Shown here one piece after another: positions 28,926-38,756 of a stretch of DNA of 59,492 nucleotides (positions are counted from its first letter, which is position 1; every line of letters starts with the position of its first letter). Under the pieces are notes generated by a model that made no database searches, had not been told where the DNA came from, and worked only from the letters and a program-made list of their open reading frames with translations. This stretch comes from Myxococcales bacterium (GTDB lineage: Bacteria > Desulfobacterota > Binatia > HRBIN30), in NCBI GenBank assembly GCA_037445065.1, contig JBBILD010000021.1, positions 1 through 59,492 on the forward strand. The letters are read 5' to 3'. The position numbers and the translations under genes were made by a program.

Positions 28926-29993
28926 TTACCAACGGGTATTTTCGAGGTACGGGGCGAGCACCTCGAGTACGGCTCGCTCGTGTTCTTCGACTCTGTCTCG
29001 TTCGGGAATGCTCACGCCGGCGAACAGCCACCAGTCTTCCGGGAGAACGATTTCCTCTCTTGGCGCGAGGGTGGTGAGTGGACCGAGGTTTTCCAACTCC
29101 AAAAACTCCCAACTCGAATACACTTCCGTGGTGGCGCCTCCATCCGGATACTCGCCTGGCGCCTTTGCCGGAAAGCGTTTGAGGAAGAGTTCGTTTCCCA
29201 ACAGGTAAGCCGCCCATCCCTGACGCGAGTCCGTACCGATCTTGCTCTCGTCCGCGCGGCGCTTCGAGCCCACGCGTGGCGAAACCGTCGGCACTTTCCG
29301 ATGATCAACCTCGATCAGTTGGTCCCCCCAGCGGTAGCGGGGGTCGTCCATACGCGTATAGCTCCACAGGATGTAGCGGCGCACCGCGTCGAACGCCTCC
29401 AGCGGGCCTACATCCATGGGCAAGAAGGCACGTCCACCCGGCCGCAGCACAGGCAAGCTCCAGGCCGCATAGCGCACCGAGGTGGCGCCGATGTTGCGGA
29501 TGCGGCTTTTGAGCCGCACCCGCGGCTCCCCAGGCGAGAGCGTGATTTCCACGATCTTTTGAATCCCGGCTTGGCGTTGCTCTGGACCTTCCACGATCAG
29601 GCGGGCCCCTTCGATGCGGGCTCTGCATGGGTGGTTGTCGGGCACGTAGGTGGTCTCCTCCCTCTCGGGGGCAACCCACAGCCGCCAACCGCCGCGAAAC
29701 ACCCAGGATGACTCGCCGCTCTTCCCGGCCTCGGCGGAACGCACATAAAGAGCGTTTTCCCCGCCCAAACGACGGAAGTCCATGATCCGCGGCCCGACGT
29801 CCGTGACCACCCGTACCTCCACCACGCCGTTGCGCAGGGCGTACGTGTTCGGCCAGCCCAGGTACGTTTCCTTTTCGATGGATACCGCCACGGCTACACT
29901 CTCCTTCGCTGCTCTTTCTGCACCAACACGGACGCTGGCGAGGCTAATAGCCACGACAAGCGCCGCACCGAACCACCCGCTTCGAAATTCCAT
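28926..29993 (-). CDS. Secreted hypothetical protein, probable galactose-mutarotase-like supersandwich (DUF4380-like)
   Basis: Signal peptide; DVGPRI, GGWRLWVAPE, YPDGG..EVY, FLELENLGP motifs. Family call from memory. Confidence 0.6.
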   Translation of the reverse strand: MEFRSGWFGAALVVAISLASVRVGAERAAKESVAVAVSIEKETYLGWPNTYALRNGVVEVRVVTDVGPRIMDFRRLGGENALYVRSAEAGKSGESSWVFRGGWRLWVAPEREETTYVPDNHPCRARIEGARLIVEGPEQRQAGIQKIVEITLSPGEPRVRLKSRIRNIGATSVRYAAWSLPVLRPGGRAFLPMDVGPLEAFDAVRRYILWSYTRMDDPRYRWGDQLIEVDHRKVPTVSPRVGSKRRADESKIGTDSRQGWAAYLLGNELFLKRFPAKAPGEYPDGGATTEVYSSWEFLELENLGPLTTLAPREEIVLPEDWWLFAGVSIPERDRVEEHERAVLEVLAPYLENTRW

Positions 29994-30045
29994 TTCGCCC
30001 TCCCGCTCTTTTTCTCCTCCCATTTCTACCCGTCGCACAAGCGTC

Positions 30046-30074
30046 TTGTCCCTGTGCCGGAGCGGTCGTATAAG
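30046..30074 (+). promoter_or_regulatory. Putative promoter giving a leaderless transcript
   Basis: TTGTCC-N17-TATAAG, 7 nt before ATG 30082; no SD. Confidence 0.55.
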
Positions 30075-30081
30075 CCGCAGC

Positions 30082-30855
30082 ATGCCGTACCGCAGCGAAG
30101 TGCGCCGCGTGCGCGACTCCGAGGTGCATCTCTTGCGCAGCGGACGCGGTGCGCCGCTGCTGATCCTCCATCCCGAGTTCGCTGCGGGCCGCTGGTTTGC
30201 TTACCATGACGATCTGGCAGCGCATTTCCAGGTGGTCGCTCCGGATCATCCCGGGTTTGGACGCAGCAACCGCCCCGATTGGCTGGACACGGTGCAGGAT
30301 CTCGCGTTCTTTTACCTCGACTTCCTCGACGATCTCGATCTGGAGCGGGTTGCGGTGGTCGGAATCTCCTTTGGCGGTTGGGTCGCGGCAGAACTCGCCA
30401 CCCTAGCCCCGCACCGCGTCACTCGCTTGGTGCTCGCTGGCGCGGCCGGGCTTCGTGTCCCTGGGGCGGACCGCTTTGATTTGTTCGCACGACCGTTCGA
30501 GGAAACGCTAAAGTCGTTCTTCCACGATCCAGATCGCTGGGTCGCCCTCCTGCCAGCGGAAGCCGGCCCGGAAGTGCTGGTGAACACCTACCGCGAGTCG
30601 AGCACGCTCGCTCGCTTGAGCTGGAACCCGTACTGGTACGACCCCAAGCTCCCCGAGCGCCTGCATCGTGCAAGCTGCCCGGCGCTTGTGCTGTGGGGGG
30701 CAAACGACCGCTTTTTAGCCGTAGCCCACGGGGAGGCGTACGCGCGGTTGTTACCACACGCCCGCTTGGTCGTGATCCCGGACTGCGGCCATTTGCCCTT
30801 GCTCGAGAAACGCAGCGAGACGCTACCGTTGCTGCTCTCCTTCCTTCGCGACTGA
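30082..30855 (+). CDS. Alpha/beta-fold hydrolase
   Basis: PDHPGFGRS, GISFGG nucleophile elbow, WGAND, CGH. Confidence 0.9.
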   Translation: MPYRSEVRRVRDSEVHLLRSGRGAPLLILHPEFAAGRWFAYHDDLAAHFQVVAPDHPGFGRSNRPDWLDTVQDLAFFYLDFLDDLDLERVAVVGISFGGWVAAELATLAPHRVTRLVLAGAAGLRVPGADRFDLFARPFEETLKSFFHDPDRWVALLPAEAGPEVLVNTYRESSTLARLSWNPYWYDPKLPERLHRASCPALVLWGANDRFLAVAHGEAYARLLPHARLVVIPDCGHLPLLEKRSETLPLLLSFLRD

Positions 30856-30859
30856 ACCT

Positions 30860-32041
30860 ATGGAGTTTTTCTACTTCCATCTGATGCCCTGGCCGCACTT
30901 GCCCGCCGACTTCGAGACGCGCGAGGCCAGCGCCTGGGTTACGTTGTCGAACACGCACTACGATCCCGAACGCGGCCACCACTTGTACAACGAATACCTC
31001 GACGAACTCGAGCAAGCAGAGAAACTCGGTTTCGACGGGGTGGCAGTCAACGAGCACCACCAGACTGCATACGGCACCATGCCGTCCCCGAACCTGATGG
31101 CTGCTGCGCTCATCCGGCGCACACAACGGGTGCGCATCGCAATCCTCGGGAACGCCATCCCACTACGCGAGCATCCATTGCGGGTGGCTGAGGAAGTGGC
31201 CATGCTGGACGTTCTTTCAGGGGGGAGAATCATCTCTGGGTTCGTACGCGGCATTGGCTGCGAGTACCTCTCCCTCGGCGTCAATCCCGCCCACTCGCGC
31301 GAGCGCTTTTACGAAGCTCACGAATTGATCCTGCGGGCGTGGACGGAGCCTGGTCCGTTTTGTTTCGAGGGCAAATACTACCGCGTCCGCTACGCGAACC
31401 CGTGGCCGCGCCCGCTGCAAAAGCCCCATCCCCCGATTTGGCTTCCCTCGCAGGGAAGTACGGAAACGATCCGCTGGGGGGCCAGCCGGCGCTACCCGTT
31501 CGTCTGCGTGTTCAACTCCTACCAGCAGACTCGCAAGTGGATCGAAGAGTACAAGGCGGCGGCAATTCGCTGCGGGTACGAAGCGCCCCCAGACCAGATC
31601 GGCTTTGCGATCCCGGTGTACGTGGGCGAGACCGACGCGCAAGCGGAAGAAGAGGCGCGCCCCCACATTCTGTGGTTGTTCCGGCGGGGCCTCAAAATTC
31701 CACCACAGTACCTGCTCCCTCCCGGCTACATCAGCGAGGAGTCGCTGCGCAAATTCCTTTCTGCCGGAGTGCGCAATCCTGCCGACCTCTCCTACTCCCA
31801 ACTCATCGAGAAAGGGTATGTGCTGGTGGGTAGCGCCGCCACCGTCGCGCAACGGCTCGAGGAAATCGAGCGAGATCTCGGTGCCGGCATTTTTCTCCTC
31901 AGCGGGCGCACCGGAGATATGCCGCGCAAAAAGGCGTGGGCGAGCATGGAACGCTTTGCACGCCTTGTCATTCCGCGCTTTCGGCAGAAAACCGGTACCG
32001 AGGCAAATCCGCAATTGCCTCATCGGTCAGATTGCACTTGA
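30860..32041 (+). CDS. LLM-class (luciferase-like) flavin-dependent oxidoreductase
   Basis: GFDGVAVNEHH, MPSPNL, PLRVAEEVAMLD.LSGGR, PRPLQKPHPPIW. Confidence 0.93.
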   Translation: MEFFYFHLMPWPHLPADFETREASAWVTLSNTHYDPERGHHLYNEYLDELEQAEKLGFDGVAVNEHHQTAYGTMPSPNLMAAALIRRTQRVRIAILGNAIPLREHPLRVAEEVAMLDVLSGGRIISGFVRGIGCEYLSLGVNPAHSRERFYEAHELILRAWTEPGPFCFEGKYYRVRYANPWPRPLQKPHPPIWLPSQGSTETIRWGASRRYPFVCVFNSYQQTRKWIEEYKAAAIRCGYEAPPDQIGFAIPVYVGETDAQAEEEARPHILWLFRRGLKIPPQYLLPPGYISEESLRKFLSAGVRNPADLSYSQLIEKGYVLVGSAATVAQRLEEIERDLGAGIFLLSGRTGDMPRKKAWASMERFARLVIPRFRQKTGTEANPQLPHRSDCT

Positions 32042-32050
32042 AGGAGTTCC

Positions 32051-33751
32051 ATGAAGCGAGGGGACCAACACCAAACCGGGGAGACTGGACTGGACCATCG
32101 CGCGGTCGCGGTTCTCGCAACGGCATTGCGCGACACGTTGTTCGAAGCACGCGCGATCGTGGCGCGTGAGGCGGCTTACGTCAGCGAGGGCACACTGGAG
32201 CGCCTTTCAACACTGCTCGAGAAGTTCGAGCAGCACCGCATCCGCATCGCGTTCTTCGGGGAGGTCAAGGCGGGCAAGTCCACGCTCGTCAACGCCGTCG
32301 CCGGGCAGGTGCTCTCCCCGGTGGCGTTCGACCCGCTCACCTCGGTACCCGTGCGGATCACCTACGGGCGCGAAACTTCCTGGTGTGTGAACGGGCGGGT
32401 GCTGCGCGAGTTGAGCGAACTCGAGCAGTGGATGCGCCAAGATCCGTCCTCTGCGACCGAGGTCGTCGTCACCACACCTCTCGAGCTGCTTTCGCTCGGC
32501 GGCCAAGTGGACCTCCTGGACACCCCAGGGCTCGGTGGGCGCGACGAGCATTTCGACCGCATCACCGAAGAAACGATCCGTGCCCTGGATGCGGCGGTGT
32601 TGGTGGTCCGCTACCCCGCCCTGTTCACGCGGTTTACCCACGAACTCGTGGAGCGACTCGCAAGCCACGTGAGTACCTTGTTCGTGGTTTGGAACCTCGA
32701 TCCCACGAGCCGGGAACTGTCGCCGAGTGAGCGCGAGCGGCACGCCCGCTCGCTTGCCGAGAACATCGGCATGCCGCACCGCCTCTTCCTGGTCGACGCC
32801 CGGACCGCACTAGTGCAAGGTTGCAACGGAGATGCTTGGCAGGCGAGCGGAATGGCCGAATTTTCCACCGCGCTACGTGACTTCGTCTTGTCCACCGGGC
32901 GCGAAGTGGCGGCCATGCGCGAGACGGCAAAGGCTGGGATCGAGTGGGTGGCAAGCGTGGTCCCACCCCTGCAGCAGCGCTTCAAACAGGTGCAGGCGGC
33001 AGTGGCTGAAGGGCGCGCCAAAGTGGCCCAAGTCGAGTTCGAGGCTGAGCAGGAACTGGCTGAAGCGCGCGCCCGCCAATCCCAGTTCGAGGCGGCGATG
33101 GAACGGTTTGCGCACCAGGCCCGCCAGCAAGCGGCGCGGCGGGCGCACGCCCTCAGGCAGAATCTGCATGCCGCTCGCCGCGCTTGGATGCGCACTGGCC
33201 ACCTGTTGAAGCTCGAGCGCGCGGTGGCGGAGGCGGTGCGCAAGTACGCGCATGAGGTCGCAGAACTCGCCAAAGCCAGCCGCGATGAATTGGTGACAGC
33301 CGCGGCGGCCTTCGGGGCGGACGTGTCGATCGCTGCACGCCCTCGCCTCGAACCAAGCCTTGCGCGGCTTACCTCCGAAGACCGAAACGTACGCGCCAAC
33401 AGTGGTAGCCTCCGCTGGATACGGCGCATGGTGTGGGCGCAGTGGTACTTGCCTGGTCTGGCGCGCTTCGAGGCCGAGGCGATCCCTGCAGACTTGGCGA
33501 GTTTCGATCAGTGGCTGCAGGCGGGCGTAAACGCGGCTCTCCAAGCAGCACGCACGACCACGGGAGAACGGCTGCGGCAAATCCGCGACCGGGCTGATGA
33601 GCGGTTGCGTCACGTGCGTGCGGAGACCCAGCTCGAGGCGTTCGAAGCGGAAGCAGCGGAACTCGAGAAAGGCCTTCCTGCGTTAGAGAGCCACTTAGGA
33701 AAAATCGAGGAGCTAGCCCATCACGCGCAACTCCTCCTCCGCTCGGGGTAG
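32051..33751 (+). CDS. Dynamin-like GTPase
   Basis: G1 GEVKAGKST, G2 LTS, G3 DTPG, followed by a long helical or coiled-coil C-terminus. Confidence 0.8.
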   Translation: MKRGDQHQTGETGLDHRAVAVLATALRDTLFEARAIVAREAAYVSEGTLERLSTLLEKFEQHRIRIAFFGEVKAGKSTLVNAVAGQVLSPVAFDPLTSVPVRITYGRETSWCVNGRVLRELSELEQWMRQDPSSATEVVVTTPLELLSLGGQVDLLDTPGLGGRDEHFDRITEETIRALDAAVLVVRYPALFTRFTHELVERLASHVSTLFVVWNLDPTSRELSPSERERHARSLAENIGMPHRLFLVDARTALVQGCNGDAWQASGMAEFSTALRDFVLSTGREVAAMRETAKAGIEWVASVVPPLQQRFKQVQAAVAEGRAKVAQVEFEAEQELAEARARQSQFEAAMERFAHQARQQAARRAHALRQNLHAARRAWMRTGHLLKLERAVAEAVRKYAHEVAELAKASRDELVTAAAAFGADVSIAARPRLEPSLARLTSEDRNVRANSGSLRWIRRMVWAQWYLPGLARFEAEAIPADLASFDQWLQAGVNAALQAARTTTGERLRQIRDRADERLRHVRAETQLEAFEAEAAELEKGLPALESHLGKIEELAHHAQLLLRSG

Positions 33752-33904
33752 ACCAGGCGCGCGGCCGCGGTGAGAGACGGTGCGCAGCTCAACTCCAACG
33801 CGTGGGTCGAGCCCGCCACCACCACCGTTCGCCTGCGTGAGCACCCCAAACGCTAGGAGCGCGGTTTTGTGGCCTCGCTTGCCTTGCCTTGCTAACTCCC
33901 GCTC

Positions 33905-35512
33905 ATGCGCCGTATCGAGACAAGAATCCGCCCGCGGGACCCGGAGTTCCAGGAAAACTACCGTTTCCACACCGAGCTTGCGCAGCAGTTGCGGGAGCGA
34001 GTTCGGACCGTGCAACAGGGAGGCCCGGAGGAGCATCGCCAAAGACACACCCAGCGGGGCAAACTGCTGGCGCGGGAGCGGATCCAAGTGCTCACAGATC
34101 CCGACAGCCCCTTCCTCGAACTCTCCCCTCTGGCAGCCTACGGAATGTACGGCGATGAGGCGCCCAGCGCGGGTATCGTAACCGGTATCGGGATCATCCA
34201 CGGGCGCGAGGCAATGATCGTGGCCAACGACGCCACGGTCAAAGGGGGCACGTACTACCCGATCACCGTAAAAAAGCACCTTCGCGCTCAAGAAATCGCT
34301 CTCGAGAACCGGCTCCCCTGCGTGTACCTGGTCGACTCTGGCGGTGCGTACCTTCCGCTGCAGGCAGAGATCTTTCCGGACCGCGATCACTTTGGCCGCA
34401 TCTTTTATCACCAAGCGCGGATGTCCGCCCTCGGCATCCCGCAAATCGCGGTGGTGATGGGCTCCTGCACGGCAGGCGGCGCGTATGTTCCAGCGATGAG
34501 CGACGAAACCATCATCGTGCGCGGAACGGGAACCATCTTTCTGGGCGGCCCTCCTTTAGTCAAGGCGGCAACGGGAGAGGAGGTCAGCGCCGAAGAGCTG
34601 GGCGGCGGCGACGTGCACACCCGCGTCTCCGGGGTGGCAGACCATCTGGCCTTCGACGACCGTCACGCTCTGGAGATCACGCGCTCGATCTTCGAGAATC
34701 TCGGCCCGCCTCAGCGCGCCGCGCTCGACTACACAACACCCGAGGATCCGGCCTACGATCCGAACGAACTCTACGGCATTTTGCCGCGCGATCCGCGCCG
34801 CCCCTTCGAGGTGCGCGAGGTGATCGCACGCCTGGTGGATGGCAGTCGCTTCCACGAGTTCAAGGCGCTGTACGGCACAACCTTGGTCACCGGCTTTGCC
34901 CGCATCCACGGATACTTGGTGGGAATCGTGGCCAACAATGGGATCCTGTTTTCCGAGTCCTCGCTCAAGGCGGCCCATTTCATCGAACTCTGCGGGCAGC
35001 GGAAGATCCCCCTGGTTTTCCTCCAGAACATCACCGGCTTCATTGTCGGTAAGCAGTACGAGCACGGCGGCATCACCAAGGACGGCGCCAAGATGGTGCA
35101 CGCCGTCAGCACTGTAGCGGTACCGAAATACACAGTGATCATTGGCGCCTCGCACGGAGCAGGCAACTACGGGATGTGCGGCCGCGCTTATCAGCCACGC
35201 CTGCTGTTTTGCTGGCCCAACGCGCGCATTTCGGTGATGGGGGGCGAACAGGCGGCCAACACCTTGCGCACCGTAAAGCTGCAACAGCTTGCCGCCCAGG
35301 GCAAAGAAATGTCCGCGGAAGAGCAAGAGGCGTTCGTGGCGCCGCTGCGGCGCAAATACGAAGAGGAAAGCAGCGCCTACTATTCGACTGCGCGACTCTG
35401 GGATGATGGCATCCTCGACCCCGTAGAGACCCGCCACGTCCTCGGCCTTGCTCTCAACGCGGCACGAAACGCCCCGATCGAGGAAACCAAACCCGGCGTC
35501 TACCGCATGTAA
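33905..35512 (+). CDS. liuB: 3-methylcrotonyl-CoA carboxylase beta subunit (carboxyltransferase, LiuB/MccB-like)
   Basis: [50 protein letters not shown]. Confidence 0.88.
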   Translation: MRRIETRIRPRDPEFQENYRFHTELAQQLRERVRTVQQGGPEEHRQRHTQRGKLLARERIQVLTDPDSPFLELSPLAAYGMYGDEAPSAGIVTGIGIIHGREAMIVANDATVKGGTYYPITVKKHLRAQEIALENRLPCVYLVDSGGAYLPLQAEIFPDRDHFGRIFYHQARMSALGIPQIAVVMGSCTAGGAYVPAMSDETIIVRGTGTIFLGGPPLVKAATGEEVSAEELGGGDVHTRVSGVADHLAFDDRHALEITRSIFENLGPPQRAALDYTTPEDPAYDPNELYGILPRDPRRPFEVREVIARLVDGSRFHEFKALYGTTLVTGFARIHGYLVGIVANNGILFSESSLKAAHFIELCGQRKIPLVFLQNITGFIVGKQYEHGGITKDGAKMVHAVSTVAVPKYTVIIGASHGAGNYGMCGRAYQPRLLFCWPNARISVMGGEQAANTLRTVKLQQLAAQGKEMSAEEQEAFVAPLRRKYEEESSAYYSTARLWDDGILDPVETRHVLGLALNAARNAPIEETKPGVYRM

Positions 35513-36171
35513 CCGGCAGTTGTGCCCAGCGCTGTTTGCGTTGGGCTGTGCGGCGCTAACCACCAACTCGAGGCGAGGGTCCTTCCCAGTGCAGGCACGT
35601 TTTCACTTGCACTGGGGCACATTCGGAATTCTCGTCGAGTTGGTTACCGCGGAGGCCTCGAGCCCAATCCAACGCCCTCTCCGCGGCCTGGGCGCTCTAG
35701 GCAAGCTGCTGCCAACCTCTCAGGCGAAAGCGCTGACCCAACGGGCGTTCCGGAAGTGCTCAAGCAACCTGGGGCATCCCAGCACCAGTTACGGCACAGC
35801 CGCTCCTCGCTCAATGGGACCTCAGCAAGCTCGTACCCAAGTGAGTGGCTCTGGCCGGTTCTCCGCTGATTCTCGGATCGTAACCGCCTGCCTTGGCACT
35901 GGTCCGACCGAGCTGTCTCCGAGGCCGCTTTGGTACGGCTACCCGGCTGCAAGAAGCGGCGCATTTCTCAACTCCTCCCCCCCACCTGCCGCGTTGGATC
36001 AGCCACTCCCCTCCGGGAAGCACAGTTGCTCAACGCACTGACTGGTAGTCCTCCGCCCACGACGGGGGGCAGCCCCTATTGCAGAGGCTGGGTGAACTTC
36101 ACCACGAGGCGGGACTTGCAAAAAAGGGTTTCCCTGCCCCAATTTTAAATTCTGTGATGGCCCCGAACAGT

Positions 36172-36957
36172 ATGAAAATCCAGTGCAGGAGCGAAAACCA
36201 AGAAGCGTCCTATTCGAAGGGGAAGCAGTGCGTCTGGGTCCAGCGTTTTGTCCGACTGGCACAGCGAGTACCCGCAGCGTTTGTCCTGGGAACGCTTTGC
36301 GGCTGGTTTTGTGTGCCCCAGTCCACCGCTGCCGAGGGAGATCAGGCGCTAAGAGCGATCGTGCATGAAGCCCCCTCGTCGTCCTCGGTGCAAAAGGAGC
36401 CCCTTATTTGCCCGCCAGACCCTTCCCCTTGCGGGGGCGATTGCAATGGGGACAAGGAGGTCACGGTGGACGAGGTCGTGCGCGGGGTCGGAATTCTGCT
36501 CGGCTTGGCTGAGCTGGCAAGCTGCCCGGCGGCGGACCGGGATGGGAACGAGATCGTTACGGTGGACGAACTGGTGGAGTCCGTGAGCCACCTGCTTTAC
36601 GGCTGCAACCAGGCTCCGTTCCGGACCTTTCTCGTTCGCGCCTGCTCCTCGCTCGAGAATCCAGAAGGAGAAACGTTCACCGTTCGCTTCGTCGATCCCG
36701 AAATGATTTCACTGGCGGAGCGGATCGCGGCGGGCAAGGAGCCGCAACGGATTGTGACCGGGCGTTTGCGCTGTGGCGACGGCGGGTTCAACCGAGGTTG
36801 GAGCTGGCACCTAGACCCGAACAGCACGAGCCTGGTAGTGGCCTCGATCGAGCTGTGCGACGGGTGCCCGTCGTTCGTAGAAGCCGAACTCGACTACTGG
36901 TTACGGCTCGGGCGCTACTGCCCCTGGAGCACGGAGATTCTGCGGCCTTTGGACTAG
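36172..36957 (+). CDS. Secreted dockerin-like domain plus BP74/CAM-BP15-like domain protein (start uncertain)
   Basis: CGGDCNGDKEVTVDEV...CPAADRDGNEIVTVDEL...GC, then WSWHLDP...IELCDG.PSFVE...YCPWS. Confidence 0.7.
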   Translation: MKIQCRSENQEASYSKGKQCVWVQRFVRLAQRVPAAFVLGTLCGWFCVPQSTAAEGDQALRAIVHEAPSSSSVQKEPLICPPDPSPCGGDCNGDKEVTVDEVVRGVGILLGLAELASCPAADRDGNEIVTVDELVESVSHLLYGCNQAPFRTFLVRACSSLENPEGETFTVRFVDPEMISLAERIAAGKEPQRIVTGRLRCGDGGFNRGWSWHLDPNSTSLVVASIELCDGCPSFVEAELDYWLRLGRYCPWSTEILRPLD

Positions 36958-37082
36958 CTGGCACCCAAAAGGATTCGGCCGGCAGCGCTGAGCCAGAATG
37001 GACAAGCCAAAGCCGCGACACCCGCCAGGCGACGACCCAACGGCCACCCGTGCCCCCGCTCAAAGAGCCGCAGCCGGTGCGC

Positions 37083-38006
37083 TCAACCCAGGGGGCCGAG
37101 CTGGGCCCCGCGGGCGAGCCCGATCTCCGCTGCCACTTCCCGTGCCGCCTTTTTCGCCCCTGTCCCCCAGCGCAAACGACCCGCGCGGATGGCACCACCG
37201 GAAGCAGCCACCACCACCCCACTGTCATCTACAGAGAGAACGCGCCCTGGCTCCGCGGATAGCGTCTCCACCTTGCGTGCATCGAACAGGCGCAACTTCT
37301 CGCCACGCCAGAACGAAAAGGCGCCGGGCTGCGGATCGCAGCCGCGAATCAAATTGTACACTTGGGCAAGCGGCTTGCCCCAATCAATGGCAGCGTGCTC
37401 GTCCCGGCACAGCGGGTCATAGGTGGCCTGGGATTCGTCCTGTGGGATGCGCGGAGCACGTCCTTGCGCAATGAGGTCCACCGCCTCGATGACTGCCTCC
37501 ACACCCAATGGAAACAGTTTGTTGAAGTAAAGAGACGCAGCGGTATCGTCTGGATCGATCGGCGCTGGCTTCTGCAAGAGGATCGGGCCCGTATCGATGC
37601 CTTCATCCACCCAAAACACCGTGACTCCGGATTGGGTCTCGCCTTTGATGATCTGCCAAGGAATGGCGCTACCTCCCCGGTACTTCGGGAGCAACGACGG
37701 ATGGAAGCAAATCGCACCCATGCGGGGGATCGTAAACACCTGCGGCGGAACGATTTGCGTCACGTAGGCAAGAACAGCTAGGTCCGGAGCGAACGCTCGC
37801 CATTCGTCTTGCACCTCCGGCTTCTTGAGCGAAGAGTGCTGGCGTACTGGAATCCCCAGGGCGAGCGCTCGAGCCTTCAGCGGATCCGGGCGCGCCGACG
37901 ATCCGTCCGGCGGACAATACACCGCCACGACTTCATGGCCCCTTTCCACCAGCCGTTCCAATACCGCTTCGGCAAACGCGGCCTGGCCCACCAGCACGAT
38001 TCTCAT
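37083..38006 (-). CDS. Fmt-like formyltransferase
   Basis: GQAAF N-terminus, FHPSLLP, G.DTG, IRGCDPQPGA. Confidence 0.85.
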   Translation of the reverse strand: MRIVLVGQAAFAEAVLERLVERGHEVVAVYCPPDGSSARPDPLKARALALGIPVRQHSSLKKPEVQDEWRAFAPDLAVLAYVTQIVPPQVFTIPRMGAICFHPSLLPKYRGGSAIPWQIIKGETQSGVTVFWVDEGIDTGPILLQKPAPIDPDDTAASLYFNKLFPLGVEAVIEAVDLIAQGRAPRIPQDESQATYDPLCRDEHAAIDWGKPLAQVYNLIRGCDPQPGAFSFWRGEKLRLFDARKVETLSAEPGRVLSVDDSGVVVAASGGAIRAGRLRWGTGAKKAAREVAAEIGLARGAQLGPLG

Positions 38007-38012
38007 CGCGAC

Positions 38013-38756
38013 TCAAGTCCGCAAATGGGCAGAGAAAAAGCGCAACATTCGCTGCCATGCGTCTTGCGCTGCTTGCGGCCGGTACGAATCCCGCTCGTCG
38101 CAAAAGAAGCCGTGCGGCGCCCCTGGGTAAACTACCACTTCGGCTTGCTTGCCCAATTCGCGCAAGCGGTTTTCGATCTTTTGCACGTCATCGAGCGGAA
38201 TGAACGGATCGTTCTCCCCGAAGAACAACAGCATGGGCGCTTGCAGATCCGGCGCGTACTCGAGGGGCGCTTTTGGCGTCTTCTCGCTCGGCTGCATCAC
38301 CGAGGCGATACCTCCTCCGTAAAAGGGCACCGCAGCCTTCACGGCCGGATTGCGGCAGGCGGTGAGAAACGTGATCCGCCCCCCCATGCAGAAGCCTGTG
38401 ACCCCGATACGGTCGGCGCGCACCGCCGGATGGCGCTGCAGGAAGGAAATCGCCGAGTTCATGTCGGCCACTACGTCGTCATCCTTGAGGCTGGTCAACA
38501 AGCGGATCGCTTCGGGCAGGTTGTCATAGCCCACAACGGTGTTCGGGGAGACCCGGTGATACAGGTCTGGCGCCAGGGTTACGTAGCCTTCGCGCGCGAA
38601 ACGCTCCGCTACCGCCTTGATGTGCTGGTTCAGCCCGAACGCTTCCATGACCACGACGATGGCGGGGTACGAGCCTGCCTGCTGGGGGGTCACGAGAAAC
38701 GCAGGCAGCGTCCCGTCGGATACTGGGACCGACACCATTTCAGCACGAACTTCCAT
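38013..38756 (-). CDS. Dienelactone hydrolase family protein
   Basis: EAFGL, APDLY, GFCMGG, YPGAPHGF. Confidence 0.93.
   Translation of the reverse strand: MEVRAEMVSVPVSDGTLPAFLVTPQQAGSYPAIVVVMEAFGLNQHIKAVAERFAREGYVTLAPDLYHRVSPNTVVGYDNLPEAIRLLTSLKDDDVVADMNSAISFLQRHPAVRADRIGVTGFCMGGRITFLTACRNPAVKAAVPFYGGGIASVMQPSEKTPKAPLEYAPDLQAPMLLFFGENDPFIPLDDVQKIENRLRELGKQAEVVVYPGAPHGFFCDERDSYRPQAAQDAWQRMLRFFSAHLRT

Noticed and set aside
32051..33751. Dynamin as an anti-phage defence system
   Set aside because: No partner defence genes or island context; nothing beyond GTPase motifs supports it.
35714..35735. ACCTCTCAGG resembling a glycine riboswitch 3' motif
   Set aside because: The upstream GGAGA and CCGAAG elements are not found, and no glycine-related gene follows.
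35448..36148. Several 70-200 aa ORFs in the large intergenic region
   Set aside because: No RBS, atypical composition, mutually overlapping and no motifs. A degraded gene cannot be excluded.
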